Part shown: positions 1 through 12,858 of the stretch, piece by piece
Layout of the letters: each line of letters opens with the position of its first letter
Numbering within the stretch: the first letter of the stretch is position 1
Program-made: the position numbers and the translations under genes
Notes under the pieces: model-generated
The model's database searches: none
Told to the model about the DNA's origin: nothing
What the model saw: the letters and a program-made list of their open reading frames with translations, nothing else
Assembly (NCBI GenBank): GCA_002189035.1
Contig: NEEC01000014.1
Span: 2,976,001 to 3,040,000, forward strand
Length of the DNA stretch: 64,000 nt
Source: Utricularia gibba
Lineage: Eukaryota > Plantae > Magnoliophyta
Reading direction: 5' to 3'

Positions 1-991
1 TTGTAATATTTTCGGCTAAGCTAGTCTCCAATATTATCACCAACATTGCAATTAGGTCTACCCACATGCAAAGTATATAGAACTAGGTCTACCCAGTCTA
101 CTGGTTCTACCCCGGACTAACACCTACTACGCATGCCTTGATTTGTTGGTCTACCTCTAAACCAAGCTTCTTAGTCGTGAAGTTATTTGTTCCCCTCCTT
201 AGGTCTACCCATGGAATGATAGAAACAAGAACTAAGAAACAATGATGAATTTTACTAAGAATCCTAGACCCACACCACCATGCTTCACCTTAAGACATCC
301 CTAGGGTTCTAGCTACTTATACTTTGAAGGTTAAGCATGATAGCATTAACATAAAACAATGAAAATGTCAAGAACATTGTGAAAGAGTTGCGTGCAGAAA
401 CTGAAAACATCAACAAACTAAAATAAAGCAGTAAGAGTTCAGTTTTCCGTTTGCTACTGTTCCCTGACCAGAACAGTAGCGCTGGACTGGGTTCTGATGC
501 TGTTTTTGAGGGTGAAGTCCTTCTTCTCCCCTGGTTTGTGTTCTTTGTATTGGAGTTGGAGGTTGGGGGAGAAACCCCCTCGTCCCCCATTCAAGGTTGC
601 TCGAGTTGGAGGGAAAACCTCCGTGTGTATTCTAAAAAACGCGTTGTCCCCTTACGATTCTCTCTCCTCTGCCTTTCTCTCACCTCCCACTGCCCAAGGC
701 AAGTACATTCTCTAATAGTTCTGCTGCTCCTGCCCCTGACTTGCAGACTGCTGTCGAGACAGTGTATTCATTGCCTCATGCAATGCAGTAACTTACACGA
801 AATCCTTTACTTTTCCATGATTTTCGGGTAGCTGCTGGACTCAATATTGGGTTAGAACATGGGTGGGTTAAATCAAGTGATTTAGCCCACTAAAACACCG
901 AAAATCACATTTTCCAAAATTATATATAAAAATACTTAAAACTAGAAAATAAACAACTAAACATAATTAAAAACTCATGATTTTCATATCT
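1..991 (-). mobile_element. Athila-type Ty3/Gypsy LTR fragment, running off the window edge
   Basis: Repeated (A)GGTCTACCC motifs and an AAACTAGAAAATAAAC tract, as in the LTRs at 16756 and 54392. AT-rich terminus ending ...TTTTCATATC(T) at ~991, where LINE ORF1 sequence begins abruptly. No coding potential. Confidence 0.5.
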
Positions 992-1960
992 AAAAAACAT
1001 GAAAATTTGTGTGCTATCACCGACCTTTGTAATCATTTTGCTAAATGTGGAACATTGATAGATGTGTACGTGACCTCCAGACCTGGAAAGAACGGGAAAA
1101 GATTTGGGTTTCTATGCTTTAGACATCAAGGGAATGTCCAACATTTGGAAGTTGTGGTTCGTGATAAGGCAAGAACGGGAGAAAATCCATTGATAGTCTG
1201 ATGCTACTAGTATGACAATGATACTCAAATAATGATGCCACAAAGCTTCCAAGAGGAGGGAATTCTCAAAAAACCAAAACAATGATAGCTAAAAATCGAT
1301 CACGTTAGAACCCTTAGAAGAATCTCAAAATTGTACAGGTAGGTGTGTGATTCGAGATACTAAATGCTGTTGGGAGGTCTTCACTCTAAAAATCATGCTC
1401 AATGAAGCAAGATTTAGAGGGATAAAAATACTCAACCTTGAGGGTCCTCGGTTTCTATTGGAGTTAAAGAATTTTTCTAAGATGCAAGATGTGGTAGTAG
1501 GCAAGAATCCCTTGTTCAAAGAACACTTTCATTGGGTTCACAGTTCGGAGGTTTTTGACATGACTCGTAATCGATACACTTGGCAGCGTATCAAGGGAGT
1601 GCCTATAGAAGCTTGGACGTAGAATAATTTTCAAAGAATTGTGGTGGATGGGGTACTATTATGGCAGCAAGTGACACCATGATAAAGCGTAACCAGGTTG
1701 ATAGCGGATGGGTGTTGATTTGAACAAAATTAATGGGGGGCATAAGTAGATTTCGATGGATAGAATGGAAAGAAACAACTAGAAAAGTATGGGTTTCTGA
1801 AGCAAAAGGTTCAAATCGGTTTGATGAACTGATGGTCACAGGAAATTCCGTTGCTGAGTGGAGTATGGTTGGCGAATGTAGCTTTGATGGGACACTGATT
1901 ATGAAAACAATGGAGGAACAAAGAATGACTCAAATTATAAGGATCTTATTTTAAAGTGAA
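992..1960 (+). pseudogene. LINE ORF1 remnant (RRM plus DUF4283-like region)
   Basis: LCNHFAKCGTLIDVYVTSRPGKNGKRFGFLCF (RRM RNP1-like) and WQRIKGVPIEAW; stops and frameshifts. Confidence 0.8.
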
Positions 1961-2171
1961 GTAATTTGGAGATAAAGAGGAAATAACTTTTAACTCGAAG
2001 GAACCAATTCAACCTGTATGGGACCAATTTCACAAAGTGAAGATCTTAAAAAGACATGAGCAAATATCAATTGTTTTGACGAATACTTCCCAACCTTCCT
2101 TAGTGGGTGGTAGTCCAAATATATTGGAGGTAATGAGTGTGACAAACAATCTTGGTAGCTTCGTTTTATCC

Positions 2172-2939
2172 ATGATGATAGTTCTTAGTATTAGCATTAG
2201 GAGCTCTCAGAAAAGAAGGGTAATACAAAAACATTTAATGGAACAAAAGACAAATATTGTCCTAATGTAGGAAATGATGGTAGTAGAGATCGACCAAAAA
2301 TCAATTTGCAGTATATGAGGATCCTCGACTTTTGGATATTGTTTTAGTCCCATGAATGTACGCTCTTGAGGTCTACTATGTATCTAGAATGATGAAGAAA
2401 TAAATTCGATGGAGTTAAAGACATAGGAGAGAGCAATCATACATAAATTAAAGATAGATTCTTCTAGTTCTTTTGAATTTCAATTGGTAAATGTATATGA
2501 ACCCCACATTTCAATTGCTTCTAGAATTCTTCGATTGAGGCTATTGGCCAGTTTGTTGGTCTTCCGATTTTGATGGGGGATTTTAATGAAACCGTACCCC
2601 TACATGAAAGATGGAGCTGCAGTGATGGGAATCTATCGGATCAAGATCGTTTTTGGGATTTTATGGTCCTTAACGGCATGAAGGATTTACCATCTGCAGC
2701 AAAGAGATACACTTGGAGTAGCTCCGATATGCTCTCTTCCCACTTTGCATTGAGATATTGCCGATCACTGTCCAATGCTACTAACAATAGAATGGATTAA
2801 CGATAGTCCAAAGTCTTTCAGATTTAACAATGGATGGATGGAACAACTGGAGCTGAAGGATATTATTCAAAACACTTCGGAGTTACCCCTGAACTATCAT
2901 TCCAGAGGATCCATCCTCTAGCTCAAGCTAGGAAGGATG
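2172..2939 (+). pseudogene. LINE ORF2 AP-endonuclease remnant
   Basis: MIVLSISIR..QKRRVIQKHL..QKTNIVLM*E, MGDFNE..ER, KRYTWS and PKSFRFNNGWME motifs. Confidence 0.85.
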
Positions 2940-3399
2940 TGCTAGAAATTCTTGTATTGGTGAAGAAGAGGTGATCCCGTATTTCTAGTTAAAGAGGACT
3001 TCAATTAGTTTATATGGTATACCAACCTATTAACCTTGATAGGCTTGAATATGAGTTGGGCTTTGTGTGTGCGCATGATTCTAATTTATTAGATCAGATT
3101 GGGTTTCCAAAGGGCTCTTAAACCCAAAAGGCTATGCATGTAGAGGGGGGATGTGCAAAACCGACCACGAAAGCCTTTTGCGTTTACAATCCAAGCCCAA
3201 CATTTCGCCTCATTTTCATCTTGAGCCCATTAGGGTTAGCCATATATGTTCGACTGATTTTTGAGACCGAGATAGTGTTCTCGAAGAGCCTCTTAAATCC
3301 TTGGGGATTAGGAAATCCTTTACATTTTACAAGTCCAAGGTTTTAATCTTTTTCTCATTCTCGATGTTTAATTTACAACAATATAAAGGAATTCTCGTG

Positions 3400-6100
3400 A
3401 TGGATATGGCTGCCGCCTCTTTTAGAAACCCTAACCTTATGTTGTTTGTGCCATCAATCACCCGTGCTTTATTTACTGATGCCAGAACGCCTGTGGTGCT
3501 CATCTATGGTGCTTATTTGGTTTTTGTCACACTGTTCGCAACTACGCTGCCACCATTGACAAACCCTACTATCCAAAATCCATATGTCTCCCGCTATGTA
3601 CCATGAGTCACCTCCGGTGTACGTGATTTGTCTCTTAATCATCTGATTGCTGATCAATACCTCCTTGACATTGAAAAGATGGAATCTTTCGATGGCAAGA
3701 ACTTTTTACACTGGAAAGCTTGGATTTTTTGAATTTCTCAATATGCATAGTGTTGCCTGAGCCCTCGATATCACCAAACAAGAAGCCGTAAACACTTAAA
3801 TCTTTGCTGTGGATTGAGATTGGGCTAAGAGGTATGCCGTTATACTATAATTACTACTCGTGCTGACACTCTCTTTGATGTGTGTGGAGTCTAAAAGATG
3901 CTCCTCCAAATGGAATTCGATGATTGCAAAATACATTGCGGAGGAGGGTGACAATGATGTGATCAAATTTGCTGACAAGTCTACCACATTCGTGCCTTGA
4001 AAGGAAGAAGTCACTCTGTAGTTTACCTTAGGGAAGATTGTTCTTTTGAAGGATATGTTGCATACTCCTACCATAAATGCCAATGTCATCTCAACTATCT
4101 AGATGGATAAATATGGCCTAAATATCAATTTAGGTATTCGGACTGCTATGGTGACAAAAAACAATGTCTTTGTTAGGAGAGGATATATTGGTAATTAGGA
4201 GTTGTATGTGGTGAGTGTTTCTATTATTTCTGAGAATAAAGTTGATTATTCTTATATGATGTGCGCTTTTGATATCTAACATGCTAGACTAGATCATTGT
4301 AACTTTGCCTACATGAAAAAATACATCAATTAGATTTAATTCCGAAATTGCATGATTTACCTACTACGTGTGAGACTTGTGTAGAGACAAAAATGACTAA
4401 GAAATCATGTTTTTCTATGAATAGAGAATTTGAATTGCTTGCATTGATTCATCTGATGTGATTATACGATGTGCAAATCTAAAGGTGGAAATAAGTGCAT
4501 GGTTACTTTTATTGATGATTTCTCTAGATATGTTAGTTTGTATTTATTGAAACATAAATTTGAAGCATTTGATAAGTTTATGCTATTTAAAACTAAGACA
4601 AAAAATCAACTTGATAAGAAAATAAAAAAAGTCAGATTTGATAGAGAGGTGAATATTTCTTATTCAAAGACTTCTGCGAGAAGCATGAAATAATACATGA
4701 GATGAATCTTTCCTACTCCCCTAAATCAAATAGAGTGGTTGAAAGGAAGAATAAGACATTGAAGAAAATGATAAATTCAATGATTATTACTTCTCGCACT
4801 TTAGATGAAATTTTGGGGGAAGCAATTCTCAGAACTTGTCATGTTCAAAATTCCATTTGAGATATGGAAAGGCTACACATCAAATCTTAAATATTTAAAA
4901 GCGTGTGGGTGTTTAGCAAAAGTGATATTACTTGATCAGCAAACAATAATAGAAATAAAGAATGTAGAATTCTTTGAGCACATCTTTCCTCTAGTGGAAA
5001 AACAACGAGATGGTGGTGATGAGACACCTACTAATAAAACAGTTGAAACTAGTGAATCCTTGGAGAAAGTACCTTTGAGACAAAGCAAAAGGCAAAAGAT
5101 AGAGTCTAGCTTCGGGGATGACTTCTTTATGTATCTCACTAGTGGAGATCATCTAACCTATCATGATATGATTACCTACCCAGATGCTCTATTGTCAATG
5201 TAGGCCATTGATAGTGAGATAGATTTGATGAATAAGAACAATGTATGAGAAAGAGTGGACCTACCCCTTGGGGCAAAACCAATTGAGAGCAAATGGATCT
5301 TTAAGAAAAAGTTACTTGTAAATGGTAAATTAGATAAATACAAGGCTTGACTTGTAGCAAATAGTTAAATGCTGAAACCTAAAGTTGACTACTTTGAGGC
5401 ATTTTCCCTAGTGGTTCACTTCTTCGCCATACGAGTGTTTTTTGCAATGACATTTGTGCACAATTGGAAAATTCACCAAACAGATGTCAAAACAACATTC
5501 TTGAATGGTAAATTGGAGGAAGAAATCTGCATGTTTCAGCTTGGAGATGGAGACAAGGTGTGTCGACTATAGAAGTCATTGTATGGCTTGAAACAAGCAC
5601 CTGAACTGTTGTATGAAAAATTTGATGAAGTCATAACATTGTCAAGCTTCAAATCAAATCTAGTGGAGAGATGTGTTTAAGCTAAGATTTTTAATGATCA
5701 ATGTGTGATTATAAGCCTTTATGTGTATGATATATTGATCTTTGGGCCAAACCTAGACATTGTACTAGAGACCTTCAAATTCCTAGGCTCAAAATTTGAG
5801 ATGAAGGAAATGAGTGAAACTAGCTACATATTGGAAATCTAAATTGTATGAAATGAAGAAGGGTTTCTCTTGACTCAAAATCATTATATTAAAAAACTCT
5901 TAGAAAAGTTTTGTTTTCATGATGTGAAACCGACTAGGACCTCATATGTTTCCAATATTAGCTTATAGAAAAATAGAGATGATCGTGCATCCCAGAATGA
6001 ATATGCCTAGTTAATAAGAAGTGTGATGTAGGTACACACACAATCCAAATGAGAGTCATTGAGCATGTGTGAAGTGGTCATTGAAATACCTTGATTAGGT
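3400..6100 (+). pseudogene. Copia gag-pol remnant (gag, GAG-pre-integrase, integrase, RT)
   Basis: DGKNFLHWK; HARLDHCNF; VTFIDDFSRYVSLYLLKHKFEAFDKF; WKIHQTDVKTTFLNGKLEEEI; SLYGLKQA; many stops; RNase H largely missing. Confidence 0.9.
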
Positions 6101-6699
6101 TCATATGGGTAATAACAAGTCACTGTTATTCTGAGAACATAACTCTAGGCAAGTGGTCGTTTTTATGGAATATGTGTTCTGTATGGAAAGTAAATGATGA
6201 GTATTTACTTTTAATATCTCTATAACTTATAAAAATTAGTAACACATATAAACACCTACATAAGTATGAAGGATAGTGGTTCCTAGGAGATATATGTAAT
6301 CTTTAGAACACTTATGAATCAATAGAAGATGCACTGAGCTTATGAGTGCACTTGAGCATTGGACAATTGACGATTGTGGGGGTGGGTTTGATGTGATTGA
6401 CTATATCTCTGCATCACAAAATAGTATTCGTTTCATAGAAATACAATTATACCATCTACTTAGTGATACATGTGTAGTACAATCATAAGATTGGTTTATA
6501 TATGAAAGATACCATTCTCCAAACATTAGAGCCTGCATGACTTAGTCCATATCCAATATGTAGGGGATTATTGGAAATTTTTATATTGGAGAAGAATAGG
6601 TGATCCCACATTGCTAGTTGAAGAGGACTTCAACTAATTTATATGAGATACCAACCCATTAATTTTGATAGGTTTGAGAATGATTTGGGCCTTCTTTTA

Positions 6700-9570
6700 T
6701 TTGATTGGCTATTTTATTTCCAAAAGGCATACACTACGTTACACTTCTATATGCAATATTTTATGAACTATGCTATACACTAGGGTCAAGAGCCCCTATA
6801 TCTAGCTATGGAGTCGCATACTACACCCACAGGACACATAACCCAATCTTGCCAAATCAGCCTACAAGTGCCAGGTTTGCATCTCTTATTGATCCATGAG
6901 AAGGAACGGAATTGGATGTTTTCGAATGCTAGTAAAGTTGGGTCCTCTCTATTGTAGAAAACTTAGGCATTTTTTCGCTTCCATATCATCCATATTGCTA
7001 GTGAATAGGTAAGTGAGTTGAGTCGTCTGAGCGAATTTTCACTACATTTTATGTCTAGATTTGGATCTAACTCCAGATGATCTGACTTGCATAGCATTTG
7101 AAGATGGTGTGTAAGGCATCTTTAGTCTCAAAGTTGCACATCACATAGGTCACTAGTATATTCACTATACCTCTTAACTCCAAGTTCATAGTAGTTGCCA
7201 AACCAGAATTTAGTAGTCTTCATACACAAAAGTTCACCTTAGATGGAATTAATCTCTCCCACCTATGTTTCTTCAATCGTTGGGTCGATCTTCCTTCTAA
7301 AAAAAACTTTTTGATAATTAAAGTTGCTTTCTTGACATTGAAAACTCCATCAACATCCTTAGTACATGTCACATAGTCCACTCTCCCCAAGAAATTTGCT
7401 TTGCACAGGATGTTTTCCAAGCTGTGAAGTTCTTGCAAAGCTTGGTATCTCAGTTGGCATCTTCAATCCGATGTCCAATACCACTCCCCATCAGACAGCA
7501 AACCCAACTCTGCAACTACTGCCTCCCTATCCATAGCTAAACAAAATAATCTCGGAAACTTAATGTTAAAGGATATACCTTCTATTCATTCATCGTGATA
7601 AAACTTAATCTGATTTCCTTGATGGATAGATAACTTGAACTATTCGTACAGTGGTTTCCCAATAGCTTCCCAATATTTCCCAATATGAATTATTCTTTCC
7701 CATTTAGATTTGTGACATACATCCAGGCTGACAAACCACCCGGTGGACCATATATGCCAATTATGATTCTCCTTCACAATGCCTTATCTTCAATGTTAAA
7801 TCTCCACCACCATTTAGAGAGAAGGCAATGTTTTTGGCCTTCAAATTTGGAATTCCTAACCCACCTTCTTGTGAGGCTTGAGAAAGTTTCTTCCAACCGA
7901 TCTAGTAGATTTTCCTTTCTTTACCCCTGTTTCCTCAAAAGAATCACATACATATTACTTTAAGAGTTTCTAATACCTCATTCATGAGATCATAAAGTGA
8001 CATGTAGAACAAAGGAAGGCTACTAAGTCATGCCTTTAGTAGAGTAAGTCTACCTGCTTGGAAAATCAGTCTAGCTTTCTAAGCTGATAATTTACCTTTG
8101 AACTTATTGATGATATGATCCCAAGAAGAAACTTGCTTCATCAGCATGCCCATTTGGAAACCCAAATACTTCATTGGGAATTCACCAATTGAGCACCCTA
8201 TTTGACATGCATGTTGTGCAATACTATCTTGATCAATGTTGATGTCGTGTGGTCCAAATTTCTGCATATTTACCTTGAGGCCCAAAGCATCTTTAAACAA
8301 ACGTATCGAAGATGAGAAGATTAGGACTAGTAATACCAATCTTGATTCCCTTAGTAGGTAACATTCTATAACTCTTTGGATTAATTAGTGAAATATCTTT
8401 GCCATGATAAGGAATAAGGAGCACAGGGATCTTCTTGTCTCAACCTCTTCTATACTACAAAAAAAACCAGAGAGCCCCATTTACTAGGACCATAGTAGCC
8501 TCGTTTTGGAGTAACCCCTTAATCCAATTCATCCGTATTTTGCTAAAGCTCATCAATTCCATAGTTCTAAATAAGAATTCCAATTGGACTGAATCATATG
8601 CTCTGTCAAAATCAATTTTGAAAAAACCAGCTAGATGTTTAGTTCACTTTAGGTAGTTTAATGTTTTCTCCATACTGAGAGCTCCATCAATAATCTGCTT
8701 ACCTTTAATGAGAGCCCATAATGTATATCTTACTGACAGGCCATTGGTTTTTAATGAGGGCAAAGGTAAAGCCATTAGGCCCATGACATGAATTTATCGC
8801 TCATCACACTTTAGATTCTGAAAAGTTTCTATCAAGCCATGTTTGTGAACTTTCAGACAGTTGCTTCACCTCCTGAAAATAAACATTTGGGCATGGTAAA
8901 TATCAGCTTTATATTCGTTGATACAAAAGTCAAAAGCAATAGCCTTCATGGATGTTGGATTAGTCTCCCGAATTCTGTTGATCATTAGTCCTCCCATTCT
9001 CTGCAATCCTTTCCTCTTTGAATTAAATTATGAAAAAACCTGCTGTTTTCATCCCCCTTTAGTATCCACTTTCCTTTAAAACATTGTCTATTCATGTCTT
9101 TCTGTATTGTTTAGTCTCCACAATTCTCTTTTAAACTCCTCTAGATCCTTTTTTCAAAAGCGATAAGGTTCGTCGTCTCCGCCTTTCTCTCTAGGTTATC
9201 AATTCTCATAGTGGTCTCTTTGATCCATAGTTTCAGTTTGCCTTTGATAAGGTTTAATTTTTTAGCACATGACTAGTTGTTCCATGGATGTTGATCTATT
9301 GCCATTTGTCTTGAGGAAAGCTCTTAAACCCGATGACTCAACAAAGAATTAAAAACTCTAAAAGAGGTAGGTCCAAAAGTCCCAATGATCCCATTCCAAT
9401 TCAATTGGCCTATGATTAGAATCACCTTGCTCAAGCCCTGCAAGAACAAATTCTCTTTGATTCTCTAGCCTTACATCCATCGGTTAGACCATGTAAACTT
9501 CCTCCTATTTAGTGCTTGATCAGTAAATTCTCTTTCATTTCTCTTAGATTTACATTATAGCCTTTCTTCT
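6700..9570 (-). mobile_element. Second, 5'-truncated L1-like LINE inserted in the Copia 3' LTR
   Basis: Minus-strand motifs: FGPTSFRVFNSL (endonuclease end), WILKGDENSRFF, FFKIDFDRAYDSV, GLKVNMQK...FPMKYLG...WDHIINKFKGKLS. It lies between the two halves of the Copia 3' LTR. Boundaries are approximate and no TSD was confirmed. Confidence 0.85.
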
Positions 9571-9892
9571 TTGACTCCTTTATTAGATTAGATTGGGTTT
9601 CCAGAAGGCCCTAAAACTCATGTGATTTGGGGGGTGTGAAACTGACCTTAAAAGGCTTTCATGTGTGTCTACAGTCAATTAGGATTATGTTTGACTGATT
9701 TTTCTTAGATTTGCCTCATTTTTATCTAGAGCACATTATGGTTAGCCATATATGTTCAACTGATTTCTGAAATCAAGATAGTGTTCTTGTAGAGCCTCAT
9801 GAATCCTTGGGGATTGAGAAATCGTTTAGGATAATGTGTTATGCACCTAAGGTTTTGATCTTTTTCTCATCCTGAATGTTTGATTTACAACA

Positions 9893-11403
9893 GGACGAAA
9901 TGAGAGTTGAAAAATGAAATGTCAATTGAGGGAATGAAATTGAGGAAGAATTGAAAATCATCGCTAGAGAGGTGGAACTTTGAGAACATGATTAGAAAAT
10001 TGTCATTTTCCAAAGGAAGAACGTACATATAGTATTGAGCTCTGCTCTAAGTGGCTGATTAAAAGTATTGTAATTTGAAATCTCAAAGTCAATGAGTGAA
10101 AGTTGAAGATGAGAATAGTAAATTTTTCCACAAATCTATGGCTTTTAATTGAAATCACAATTGGTGCTGAAGACTCATGGTTGATGGAGAATAAATCCAT
10201 GATGCTATTGGAATGAAATATGCTGCCTCTCAGTATTTTCAGAATCTATTAAGTAAGGAATCTTTGATATGTTATGATATTGAATGGATAGATTTGAGAG
10301 ATTTCATTCGGATGAGAGTAGAGTTTTGGAGCAAACGATTTCAGAGGATGAAATATGGACTGCGATAAAGACAAATGCCCAGGTCTCAGAGTTAAGCTTC
10401 AAAAGACGAAGGTATTCGGCATCAATATTCCTTTGAGTACGATCTCCTTAATGGCTAGTAGATTGGGTTGCAGAGTTATCGAGTGGCCTTTCGAGTATCT
10501 TAGACTACCTATTGGTTCAGATATGAAACAGATTCAGGCTTGGGAAGTGCCTATAAGCAAGATCAAGAATCAAATTCATTCCTGGACAGCAAGATGGATG
10601 TCGAAAGCCGGCCGACTAACCATGTGCAAAGCAGTTTGGGGAGTCTTTGTTTATATTATTTCTCACTTTTTCAAGTTCCTAAGCTGGTAATCAACAAGAT
10701 GGAGAATATCAGAATGTGTTTCTTTGGGATGGAATACCACAAGAAGGTAGGAAGATTGCATAGTCTTTTGGGAAAAAAATCTACAACCATATGAAGAGGG
10801 AGGACTTGATGTAGGCAGCTTGGAAGTCACAAACTAAGCATTGTTATCCAAAAGGTGGTGGCAGTAGAAAAGCAATCAAAGAGGCTTGTGGAAAAGAGTT
10901 ATTGAATCTATCTATGGTATTGGAGGAGATATCGACACCAGTATGAGTTCGTGGTTAAGGAACACAAATCGAGGACATATCGCAAGATTGAGATCATGAA
11001 TATTAAAGACTTGTCTAGAGGTAGATTTGAATTATGGTTCAAGCATATGCTGAGGGATGGTACGTGAACTCGCTTTTGGGAGGATTGTTGAGGACAATAA
11101 GAAGGTAATTTGAAGGATTCATTCCCATAAATTTATGGCTCTATTTTTCATGCAGACTTGCTCCTCTCATTAGCAGAAACAAGTCTTCTTCAACCAAGCG
11201 TCCAGACGTAGTTTCAAGTCATCCAAGAAACATCAACTTCGGCTGCTTTGTTCCATCAAAGAGTGACCAACAATATGGCATCATCGCTATTAGGACATAC
11301 AGCCTCGACAATCCAGCTAATGAGGTTAAATTCAGTCAAATGGGATAGAATTTTACTATTAAAGCAGCCAAGAATCTTATACTTCCATTGAAAGTGAGGA
11401 TTT
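9893..11403 (+). pseudogene. LINE ORF2 middle remnant with the RT core deleted
   Basis: DENSKFFHKS; DCDKDKCPG fused directly to LRVKLQKTK...YLRLPIG...KAGRLTMCKAV; RFWEDC; PLKVRI. Confidence 0.85.
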
Positions 11404-12377
11404 TAATAAGTGATTTTATGTCGTTCTAAAACATATTCTTCTATTACTTTTGAGTGTTGTTTTTAATTACCTTAAACTCCAATTTCTCATTATTTTCAAT
11501 TGATTTTGTATTTTTCACACTACTTTGATCTTTTTGCAGAGAAAGTATATTTTGTGGATTTTTAGGGAATTTTTGGATCAATTTGAAGATGATCTTGAAA
11601 GATTTGAATAAAAGATTTGAATAGAAAATCTTATCTAAACCCATTAAGCAAGTTCAATATGAAGATTTGGATTTGCTCTTCTATAAGTACCCCAATCTCT
11701 CAATCATTAGAAATATATTTAGACCCTTTTTTCTTTGTGTTTTTTCCTATTTTTGTGTTTATTTTCATGTTTGAGTCAAAAGTATGCATGTAGGTGCTTG
11801 CGGTTAAGGATCTGCGATGAAACCTTACTTGTGTAAGTCTTGCACATGTGATTGATTTATTATATTTTTTGATATTTAATTTGAGGTTTGATTCTGTTTT
11901 TCTCAACATTTTCTTTACGAACGTGCTCTTTAACACTACATAACCTCAAGAGAGTGTGGGAGAATCTAAGGTGGTCTTCAGGCACCTAAGGAGAAATTAT
12001 CAATCTGATATTGTTGTTAAGGCATATTTTGTTTAATCTGTCTACGAGGTGTGAACTGTAGGAGTTAGATTTGGGTGTGGGGAAAACATGGATTATAACA
12101 AGAGATGAAATAACTCTGGTGACATGGTTGATTCTATAATTCCTATAAACGAGGGAGGGTGCTATAACCGAGTAACACTATTCTAGAATAACACCCTCAG
12201 AATTTATACAAGCAGATTAGATTTCTAGATATGTGTATGGGTGAAATTTGAGCAAGTTGAATTCTAGATCTAAAGCCATTTTTCTTATTATTTTAAAACC
12301 AAATTTTTGTTTTCTTTTCAGTCTTGAGTCAATATTTTAAAAGAAAATTTCAATAATAATTCTTTGTATTACCATCA
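11404..12377 (+). mobile_element. Solo LTR, Athila-type, related to the LTR at 49422-50600
   Basis: Starts T(A)ATAAGTGATTTT and ends CCATCA. Long colinear similarity to 49422-50600, e.g. GAGTGTGGGAGAATC and GGAGTTAGATTTGGGTGT. TSD GATTT/TATTT; excision restores LINE codons K-V-R-I-F-L-W. Confidence 0.85.
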
Positions 12378-12858
12378 TATTTTTCTTTGGCAAGCAAGCA
12401 TGAATCAGCTCCCCACAAGTGAAAATCTCATGATACAAGAAGCAGAGGCAGAGGCTTGTAAGTATTCTCGATGTGGTCACTCGATAGAAATATCGGAACA
12501 CCTTATGTTCCAATGCTCAATGGTTGGTAGTATATAAAGGAAAATTCTAGAATAGTGGCATTTAGGCAGGTGGATGACCTCAATCTCTACATGGTATTCT
12601 TTTTTTCCGATTGACTGTCGGTTAGAAAAAGTAGACAAGTATGGAACTCGACAATTGCTGCAGTCATGTGGCATATGGAACTTGACAAGACCTATCCACA
12701 ATCCAACTGGAATAGGCTAAGCCACTTTTTGATATATAGCTTTTCGGGATATATAGGAAAAATTAGCTCCATTGGGACCTCTATATGTCAGCAGAGTTAA
12801 ACTAGTGTATAAATTTTGACAATATATAATGGAGATATCTTCAAAAAAAAAAAAAAAA
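12378..12858 (+). pseudogene. LINE ORF2 C-terminal zinc-finger region, 3' end and poly(A) tail
   Basis: LWQASMNQLPTSENL; CKYSRCGHSIEISEHLMFQCS; WNSTIAAVMWHIW; 16 consecutive A at 12843-12858. Confidence 0.8.

Larger units (their letters stand above)
2940..9892 (+). mobile_element. Ty1/Copia LTR retrotransposon, decayed, with its 3' LTR split by a LINE
   Basis: 5' LTR 2940-3380 (TG...ACAACA) matches 6569-~6695 and ~9580-9892. PPT-like TGTAGGGGAT precedes 6569. TSD GGATG (2935-2939) / GGACG (9893-9897). Confidence 0.85.
992..12858 (+). mobile_element. L1-like LINE, reassembled from three pieces (992-2939, 9893-11403, 12378-12858) separated by a Copia element and a solo LTR
   Basis: Colinear LINE motifs: RRM, DUF4283-like region, AP endonuclease, DENSKFFH, RT C-terminus, RFWEDC, PLKVRIF|LWQASMNQLPT, CxxC-HL-C zinc finger, then poly(A) at 12843-12858. 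Removing each insert plus one TSD restores the reading frame. Confidence 0.9.

Noticed and set aside
309-831. ORFs of 93-126 aa near the window start
   Set aside because: They fall in an LTR-like non-coding sequence, overlap on both strands and show no recognisable domain.
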